Of a stretch of 40,869 nt of DNA, positions 34,626 through 40,869 are shown piece after piece. Origin of the DNA: a bacterium. GTDB lineage: Bacteria > Patescibacteriota > Microgenomatia > Daviesbacterales > UBA10151. Position 1 is the stretch's first letter; each line of letters opens with the position of its first letter. The position numbers were made by a program, and so were the translations under genes. The stretch covers positions 1-40,869 of the forward strand of contig JAJYNW010000013.1 of the NCBI GenBank assembly GCA_021786105.1, in the 5' to 3' direction. The notes beneath the pieces are model-generated. The model was not told where the DNA came from, did no database searches, and saw only the letters and a program-made list of their open reading frames with translations.

Positions 34626-35153
34626 CTAAGTCTGTGACAACGGAAAACGAACTAACCCCACCGGTTGAACTCCCGGTCTATGCCACCATTCACGATTAAA
34701 CCTAATTCTTGCATCATCTAACCCCTCATCCCTTCTAATATCAAAATCTACCGGCCTGACACCTATCCTCATCCTGCCCAATGCTTCCCATAACTGGGCC
34801 TTATAGTCACCGGATAAATCATAGGCATTAAAACCCTCATCAGTTTCCCTATCCCATCGGTTAAAAACAACTAAACTAAGCTCCGATCGTCTCGGGGAAA
34901 CCAAAAACCCAATACCTTCGACTCCGGAAAGCTCTCTCATTTTTGAAATAAATTCTTCTAAAACTTGACCAGTTCCCTCTTCTTGTGGAGTTAATTTAAC
35001 TGCTTCTAACCTTTTATTAGTTTTTAAACTTGAATCTTCAATAAATTTAAGGCCTCTTCTTTCTGGAAATCCTTGTCGGGTATTACCCATTACAGTACGA
35101 AAATACTCTGCAAGTTGCGCTCCCTTCTTTACAGGGTCATCGTTATCTACCAT
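34626..35153 (-). CDS. Hypothetical protein
   Basis: 175-aa ORF filling the gap between the GT4 gene and glpX; no motif recognised. Confidence 0.6.
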   Translation of the reverse strand: MVDNDDPVKKGAQLAEYFRTVMGNTRQGFPERRGLKFIEDSSLKTNKRLEAVKLTPQEEGTGQVLEEFISKMRELSGVEGIGFLVSPRRSELSLVVFNRWDRETDEGFNAYDLSGDYKAQLWEALGRMRIGVRPVDFDIRRDEGLDDARIRFNREWWHRPGVQPVGLVRFPLSQT

Positions 35154-35188
35154 AATAAGGCCAATAATAAATCTTTACTAAAATCTTA

Positions 35189-36304
35189 TCAAGATTTCTC
35201 TATTAATTTCTTGTCTATTAGCTCTAGTATTTCCTTTTTAAATCTTTCTTTGGAAAACTTTTCGGCATTTTGGCGGCAAGCTGCTGGATCAAATTTGATC
35301 CCTTCAAACTTTTGCAAAGCTTCCACCAAGCTTTCAGTATTCACCATACCTGGACCACCATACAAAAGACCGGTTTTTTCATCTATCACTGTTTCCAGAA
35401 ACCCGCCGGAAGCCGGAGCAATCACCGGCGTACCGGTGGCCTGAGCCTCAATTGAAGTAATACCAAAATCTTCATCTTCGGAAGCTACAATTAAAGCTTT
35501 GGCATTTTGCAGCAGTTTCACCCTTTCTTCATCAGATACCCAGCCTAAAAACTGTACACTCTTCCCGGCTTTTTTCTTCAAGATCGCTGCCTCGGATCCG
35601 GTACCGGCAATCTTAAGCGGAAGACCTAATTTTGTCGCTGCTTCCACAATCACCTCTACCCCTTTTCCTCTAACCAACCTGTTAAGGGCCAGGAAATATT
35701 CCTCTTTGGTCTTTTTGATATGCAGCTCTTTCAAATCCACCGATGGATAAACCACCACCGACTCCCGGCGGTAAAACTTTTTAATCCTTTGGGCAATATT
35801 TTGGGAATTGGCCACTAAAATATCCGGCCGCTGGGACACCTCAAAATCATAAATCCGCATGAAATGATTAATAATCTCTCCGCCGATCCTGGTCCACCAA
35901 TGCTTTTTATAGTTAAAAGAGGTGACATAACCATATAAAAACCTGGGTGGAGTGTGAATGTAGCTAATATGCAGGGTTTCTGGTTTAGTGATAACAGCTT
36001 TAGCCAGGTGAGTTGCCGAAGAAGAAGAAATCACCAAATCATACTCGGACAAATCAAAACTCTCAAACATCATCGGCCCAAAGATCCGGAAGGGCGAGAG
36101 TAATCGGTTGGCAAAGGGAAACTTTTGAAACCAGGAAGGCCTGATATCCCAACTCTTTATCCTTTTACCGTTTTCCCCTAAGCCTTCAGGATTGTAATAG
36201 GCGGTAAAAACCGGCGCCTCAGGAAAAATCTCGTGTAAGACCTCCAGCACCCGCTCTGCTCCGCCATATTCCCTTAGATAATCATGAGCTAAGGCAACTT
36301 TCAT
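35189..36304 (-). CDS. GT4 family glycosyltransferase
   Basis: KVALAHDYL..YGGAERVL, YIHTP.R, EDFGI..IEAQA.GTPVIA. Confidence 0.92.
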   Translation of the reverse strand: MKVALAHDYLREYGGAERVLEVLHEIFPEAPVFTAYYNPEGLGENGKRIKSWDIRPSWFQKFPFANRLLSPFRIFGPMMFESFDLSEYDLVISSSSATHLAKAVITKPETLHISYIHTPPRFLYGYVTSFNYKKHWWTRIGGEIINHFMRIYDFEVSQRPDILVANSQNIAQRIKKFYRRESVVVYPSVDLKELHIKKTKEEYFLALNRLVRGKGVEVIVEAATKLGLPLKIAGTGSEAAILKKKAGKSVQFLGWVSDEERVKLLQNAKALIVASEDEDFGITSIEAQATGTPVIAPASGGFLETVIDEKTGLLYGGPGMVNTESLVEALQKFEGIKFDPAACRQNAEKFSKERFKKEILELIDKKLIEKS

Positions 36305-37110
36305 ACAGATTTGGCAATATCTATCAACTCTTCAAAACTTAATTTGGTCGGTTTGCTATCCGGCGCAGAAGAAGAACCACAAATCACCATGTGATGTGAT
36401 TGATGTAAAAACCAGGAAGCTTCTGGATCTAACTTTTTTGCTTTGTCGTAAATTGGTTTTAGATCAATATCAAAAGAAGGGGTAAAAAATTGGACCCCTT
36501 TATGCTTGGGGCTGTACATTAAAAATAGTTCCCCGCCCTGTTCCCGGCAAAACTCCCGGTCCACAGTTTCGGAAATTACGGCAAATGATTTACCAAATCG
36601 GGTTTGAAATTCCACTCTTTTTTCCCAATCCCTTAAACTTTGCTGCCTTCTTTTTAAAACTATCAAAATTCTGTCCAAAATTTCCCGGCCCAACTCCACT
36701 GATTTTAAGGAATTTTCCGGCAAACCATCTTTAGCCCTGATAAAAGCCTGCACGCTGAATTCATCAAATTGCAAATCGGGCGCTTTACCGGTATCAATTA
36801 ATTGATTCCAATGAGTTAATTCGTCCAAAGCACCTCTTAAAATTTCATCTTTGGGTATATAATTTTTCTTTTTTAAGAATTCATAAACCAAAGTACCGGA
36901 GCAGGTATCCAAACCTTCTTTGTGTTCGTCAAACTGCCCTCCTCCGGTTCCCAGGAAAATTTTATCTGCCGTTTCGTCTTTGGCTGCTTCACGGGAAGCT
37001 GAAATAAATTCAATTTTGGCATCATGAAAACCAGGATGATATCTTTTAAACAGCCAAATGGCCACAATGTCGTCCAAATGGGGGTTAATGTGAGTCACTA
37101 ATGTTTTCAT
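36301..37110 (-). CDS. Putative metal-dependent hydrolase (MYG1-like N-terminus)
   Basis: VTHINPHLDD, GGGQFDEH, WFLH motifs. Confidence 0.55.
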   Translation of the reverse strand: MKTLVTHINPHLDDIVAIWLFKRYHPGFHDAKIEFISASREAAKDETADKIFLGTGGGQFDEHKEGLDTCSGTLVYEFLKKKNYIPKDEILRGALDELTHWNQLIDTGKAPDLQFDEFSVQAFIRAKDGLPENSLKSVELGREILDRILIVLKRRQQSLRDWEKRVEFQTRFGKSFAVISETVDREFCREQGGELFLMYSPKHKGVQFFTPSFDIDLKPIYDKAKKLDPEASWFLHQSHHMVICGSSSAPDSKPTKLSFEELIDIAKSV

Positions 37111-37125
37111 GGTATGATTCTATCA
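37110..37125. promoter_or_regulatory. 14-bp bidirectional leaderless-type promoter
   Basis: TGgTATGAT-6-ATG on + and TGaTAGAAT-6-ATG on -. Confidence 0.7.
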
Positions 37126-38051
37126 TGATTCTGCTCAAAAAACTCATTTTTGCTCCTATTTTTTTAATTGTTTTTTCCGTCTTAATTTTCCAAATTAGCC
37201 CACTGTTAAGCTCCTATGATTTTATTTTCTCTTTATCCATCAATACCTTAATCTCCTTAATTACTCTTTGTGCCCTTATTTCTTTGGCCAGTTTTTTATT
37301 TGTATTATTTGCCGCAATTGCCTCAGATTGGAAAATCAGCTTGCCGGTTGGATTAATTTGCTCTGCTGTGCCTTTTATCTTTATCCCATCAGCTTTGGCA
37401 ATTGTGTTTGCGGTAGTAATTTTAGTAGGTTTACTGATAGTTAATTTAAGTTTAGATAGTACCCTTAAAAGTTACTTAACTTTTAAGCCTACCAGCCTAT
37501 TGGGGCCAGCTGTTAAGAACTTGACTGGACTATTGATTTTGGCTTTTTGTGTGATTTATTTTTTATCAATCAGCAAAATAATCCCCCAAAAAGGTTTTCA
37601 AATTCCTGATTCCTTAATTGATACAGCCTTAAAAATGGCTCCGGCAGACCTTTCTGCTCAATCAAATTCTATGCCTGCTCAGTTACCAACTATTAGCCCT
37701 GAGCAAATTGAACTTTTAAAGAAAAATCCTGATCTTGTAAGGCAATCCGGCTTGGATCCTAAAATTTTAGATACTTTAAGTCAACCCAGATCTACAAAAA
37801 CTACCCAAAATCCGACCAATGACCTAATTAAGCAAACCATTAAAAACCAAGTACAAAGCACTATTAAACCATATTTAAGTTTTATTCCTGCAGGACTAGC
37901 TGTTCTGCTGTTTTTTCTACTGTCATCTTTTGTCTTCATTACCAATCTGTTTATCTCTCCCCTGCTATGGCTCACCTTTTTAATTTTGGAAAAAACCGGA
38001 TTTGCCAAATTTGAAACAGAGATGCGGGAAGTTAAAAAGCTGGTAGTTTAG
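37125..38051 (+). CDS. Hypothetical polytopic membrane protein
   Basis: Several TM helices and one soluble loop; start reassigned from 37101 to 37125. Confidence 0.8.
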   Translation: MILLKKLIFAPIFLIVFSVLIFQISPLLSSYDFIFSLSINTLISLITLCALISLASFLFVLFAAIASDWKISLPVGLICSAVPFIFIPSALAIVFAVVILVGLLIVNLSLDSTLKSYLTFKPTSLLGPAVKNLTGLLILAFCVIYFLSISKIIPQKGFQIPDSLIDTALKMAPADLSAQSNSMPAQLPTISPEQIELLKKNPDLVRQSGLDPKILDTLSQPRSTKTTQNPTNDLIKQTIKNQVQSTIKPYLSFIPAGLAVLLFFLLSSFVFITNLFISPLLWLTFLILEKTGFAKFETEMREVKKLVV

Positions 38052-38422
38052 AAAGAGAAAATAGCAACCAAAACTTGTAGTTTTGTTTTCAAATCTGGGA
38101 ATCGATAAGTTGTATAAGCCTCTGGTATTAACTGATTTCCTTTATATATAGCCAAAGCTCCACCATATAAAGCATAGCTAAGCGGATTTATCCAATGAGG
38201 ATCTGGATTAACCCCTAAAGCCCATTCTTCGTTTCCATAGATGTAAAGTGAGGTTGAACTTTCTGATCCATATCGTAAGACCGAGTCAATTAAATAACGA
38301 CCAAACCCTCTATAAATTAGATTTGGCTCGTATAATTTTCTGTGTTCCAACTCATCTAATACAGCTAATCTAGCCACAACAATTTCTCTTTTGGCAAGAA
38401 ATAATTCTGCTTGTTCAGCCAT
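38048..38422 (-). CDS. Hypothetical protein
   Basis: 124-aa ORF; TGgTAGAAT 8 nt upstream. Confidence 0.55.
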   Translation of the reverse strand: MAEQAELFLAKREIVVARLAVLDELEHRKLYEPNLIYRGFGRYLIDSVLRYGSESSTSLYIYGNEEWALGVNPDPHWINPLSYALYGGALAIYKGNQLIPEAYTTYRFPDLKTKLQVLVAIFSF

Positions 38423-38456
38423 AGGAAATTATTCTACCATATTACTATAAGACTAG

Positions 38457-40706
38457 TCAAAACTTAAACAACTTCATTTCTCCCCAATTAGGGCCGGTTT
38501 TGAGATCAACCAGAACCGGCACTGACAATTTTAAAGCATTTTCCATTTTTTCTTTGACCATCTTAGCAGTTTCTTTCACTGCTTTAGGGCCACATTCAAA
38601 CAACAACTCATCATGAACCTGTAAAATGAGACGGCAGCTTTCAGTATCGGCCTTCGGCCTGTCAGCTTTCAGACTTATCTTGTCTGATGACCGATGACTG
38701 ACGACTGACAGCTCTTTCTCAATTTCCACCATGGCTTTTTTGATCATATCGGCGGCCGTGCCCTGAACCGGGTGGTTAACCGCGGCTCTTTCCCCGGCAG
38801 AACGAATCATCCGGTTACCAACTTGCAGCTCCGGAATATACCTTTTCCGGCCCCACAAAGTCTCTACGTAGCCATTTTCATAGCCAAAAGCCAAAGTCTT
38901 CTCCATCCATTCCCGAACCTTGGGAAATTGGGCAAAATATTCAGCAATATATTGTCTGGCTTCTTCAAAACTGATGCCCAATTGCCGGGATAAAGCATGC
39001 GGACCTTGACCGTAAAGGGTAGCAAAGTTCATGGTTTTCCCCACCATTCTTTGCTGTTTTGAAACTTGTTCCAAAGGTACTTGAAAAATCTTGGAAGCAG
39101 TTAAGGCGTGGATATCTTCATTTTCCTTGAAAGCTTTCTTTAATCCCGGGTCATCTGCCAAATGAGCCATAATCCGCAGTTCAATTTGAGAATAATCCGC
39201 GCCCAACAACGCCTTGCCAAAAGGAGCAATGAAAGCTTTTCTGATTTCCCCACCCTCTTCACCTTTAACCGGAATATTTTGCAAATTCGGATCTTTAGAG
39301 GAAAGCCTGCCGGTCGCTGCTCCTTCTACATTAAAAGTCGAGTGGATCCTGCACTTTTCATCCACGAACTTCGGCAAAGCATCAACGTAGGTAGAAATCA
39401 ATTTAAATAATTGCCGGTATTCCAAGAGTAGCGGTACCGCCGGATGAGCACCATATAATTCATGTAAGGTAGCTTCGTCTGTGGAACGGCCGGTTTTGGT
39501 TTTCCTGACCACCGGCAATTTTAACTCATCAAACAGCACCACCGAGAGCTGCTTGGGGCTGTTTAAGTTAAACTCATGCCCGACTTTTTCATAAATCTCT
39601 GCCTCTATTTTGGTTAACCGGTCTTTCAGCTTCTTACCAAATTTTTCCAAAAACTTCAGGTCCACCAGCACCCCGGTTTCTGACATTTTTTTAAGAATCG
39701 GTTCCACTTCCGCATCTAAGTCCATTGTTTTGTCATTCTGAGGGTCGTTTCGACCCGAAGAATCTCTAGGTTCTTGCTTTTTAATCTTGAGATCCTTCGC
39801 TTCGCTCAGGATGACAGAAAAGGAATTGCCGACTGAAGCATCATCAGGCAATCTGGCAATTAAGCTTTTAAACTCCAGTTCCTCAAAAAGCTTGACCACT
39901 TTTTCCTTATCAAAATCATGCACCACGCATTTATGCAGATCCAGCTTAATGGGGGCATTTAGATCCAAAGTAGCCAGCTTTTTACTCATCATTGCCGATT
40001 CTGCCCCTTCCGATAAAAGCATCTGCGTTCGATCCGGCATGGTTTTTAAATTTTCCGGTTTATATATCTCTTCAATAGTGCCGAATTTATGTATCAGTTT
40101 CGTGGCTGTCACATCCCCAATTCCCGCGACCCCCGGAATATTATCCGAAGCATCCCCGGCCAAACCTTTATAATCCGTCAGCTGCTTGGGAAAAAAACCG
40201 TATTTGGCCACAAACTCCTCTACCCCATACAAACCTACATCCGAAAGAGTTTTTTTGGGCATGAAAACTTTTATCCGCTCATCAATCAGCTGCATAATAT
40301 CCCGATCCCCTGTCACAATCACAATTTCCAAATCCTTTTCTTTTTCTGCCTGGATGGCCAAAGTACCAATCAAGTCATCAGCTTCAAATCCGGCCAACTT
40401 AAATTCCGGAATATTAAATGCCTTAACCACCTCATGCACCCTTTTATACTGGCTGGATAAACCATCGTCAGCAGGGCCGCGGGTGGCTTTATATTGGGTG
40501 TAAGCTTGATGTCTAAAGGTAGGCCCTTTTTCATCCCAGGCAATGGCTAAATATTCCGGACGAAGCTCGGCAATCACCTTTAAAATCATCGAGGAAAAAC
40601 CATAAACAGCGTTAACTAGTTCACCTTTTGAAGTCGTAAATGGCGGAGTGGCATGATAGGCTCGGTGCAGTAAGGCATTACCATCAACTAGGACAAGTCT
40701 TCGCAC
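38457..40706 (-). CDS. polA: DNA polymerase I (5'-3' exonuclease plus polymerase; 3'-5' exonuclease domain absent)
   Basis: LVDGN..LHRAY, EADD, GDASDNIPGV, TGRLSS.DPNLQNIP, ADYSQIELR, QGTAAD, LQVHDEL; GTG start with AAGGAGG SD. Confidence 0.96.
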   Translation of the reverse strand: MRRLVLVDGNALLHRAYHATPPFTTSKGELVNAVYGFSSMILKVIAELRPEYLAIAWDEKGPTFRHQAYTQYKATRGPADDGLSSQYKRVHEVVKAFNIPEFKLAGFEADDLIGTLAIQAEKEKDLEIVIVTGDRDIMQLIDERIKVFMPKKTLSDVGLYGVEEFVAKYGFFPKQLTDYKGLAGDASDNIPGVAGIGDVTATKLIHKFGTIEEIYKPENLKTMPDRTQMLLSEGAESAMMSKKLATLDLNAPIKLDLHKCVVHDFDKEKVVKLFEELEFKSLIARLPDDASVGNSFSVILSEAKDLKIKKQEPRDSSGRNDPQNDKTMDLDAEVEPILKKMSETGVLVDLKFLEKFGKKLKDRLTKIEAEIYEKVGHEFNLNSPKQLSVVLFDELKLPVVRKTKTGRSTDEATLHELYGAHPAVPLLLEYRQLFKLISTYVDALPKFVDEKCRIHSTFNVEGAATGRLSSKDPNLQNIPVKGEEGGEIRKAFIAPFGKALLGADYSQIELRIMAHLADDPGLKKAFKENEDIHALTASKIFQVPLEQVSKQQRMVGKTMNFATLYGQGPHALSRQLGISFEEARQYIAEYFAQFPKVREWMEKTLAFGYENGYVETLWGRKRYIPELQVGNRMIRSAGERAAVNHPVQGTAADMIKKAMVEIEKELSVVSHRSSDKISLKADRPKADTESCRLILQVHDELLFECGPKAVKETAKMVKEKMENALKLSVPVLVDLKTGPNWGEMKLFKF
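38635..38712. repeat. Inverted 7-bp arrays in-frame in polA next to motif C
   Basis: cagcttt cagtat cggcctt cggcctgt cagcttt cag ... ctgatga ccgatga ctgacga ctgacag ct. Confidence 0.8.
39732..39815. repeat. GTCAT-family element in-frame in polA
   Basis: GTCATTCTGAGGGTCGTTTCGACCCGAAGAATCT...AGATCCTTCGCTTCGCTCAGGATGAC; 84 bp. Confidence 0.92.
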
Positions 40707-40732
40707 AACAAACCTCCTTTACAAATAACTTG

Positions 40733-40752
40733 TGGTGAGCATAGTCGAACCA
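40733..40752. repeat. Short tandem-GA hairpin unit in the polA leader
   Basis: TGGTGAGCATAGTCGAACCA; same core as the reverse complement of 5686-5705. Confidence 0.6.
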
Positions 40753-40803
40753 TGAACGAATTGTAGCATTATCAAACCTTGGTGTCATGCCAAGTACCAA
40801 AAC

Positions 40804-40869
40804 TTATTTAAAAAGAGTCTCAGCATAGTTTAAATACTGAGGATAGCCATTTTTTGCCATTAAATACCA
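40804..40869 (-). CDS. Probable 3' end of a gene starting outside the window
   Basis: Open frame WYLMAKNGYPQYLNYAETLFK* from the window edge. Confidence 0.35.
   Translation of the reverse strand, partial: WYLMAKNGYPQYLNYAETLFK

Noticed and set aside
15519-39815. In-frame inserts as inteins or group I/II introns
   Set aside because: Only 20-31 codons long, with no intein terminal motifs and far too short for self-splicing introns; they match intergenic DNA repeats
980-40503. Many 60-135 aa ORFs antisense to or nested in recognised genes
   Set aside because: Shadow ORFs of well-supported genes with no motifs or expression signals
1-40869. tRNA, rRNA, IS transposase or integrase
   Set aside because: No tRNA-like cloverleaf with T/D-loop consensus, rRNA-like tract, or DDE/HUH/recombinase ORF recognised by eye

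Overview
A 40.9-kb chromosomal segment from a reduced-genome bacterium, most likely Candidate Phyla Radiation/Microgenomates (inferred from gene content, ORFan style and promoter architecture). Housekeeping genes: IDI-like Nudix, sufC-sufB-sufS-sufU (no sufD), pflB-pflA, DsbA-like, pth, suhB, EndoQ-like, ATP-dependent DNA ligase, Fic, pyrC-pyrB-carA-carB, recF, MFS, mutM, an ABC exporter, class I aldolase, glpX, a GT4 glycosyltransferase and a short polA. I found no rRNA, tRNA, CRISPR array or classical IS. The main signal is several families of short palindromic or periodic DNA elements that sit both between genes and in-frame inside conserved genes. (1) Paired GTCAT...GATCY / RGATY...ATGAC hairpins bracket a stand-alone 95-aa GIY-YIG nuclease gene. 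Related copies are translated in-frame inside lig, carB, recF and polA, and supply the stop codons of sufS and sufC. (2) 7- and 9-bp periodic arrays flank a four-helix-bundle gene and lie in-frame in carA, polA, sufS, pyrC and carB. (3) Other tandem-GA hairpin elements. The window also has an unannotated 18-codon leader ORF whose stop codon lies in a terminator loop just before pyrB (a pyrBI-like attenuator), widespread leaderless-type promoters, and 14-bp and 19-bp bidirectional promoters. All calls were made by eye, with no database searches.
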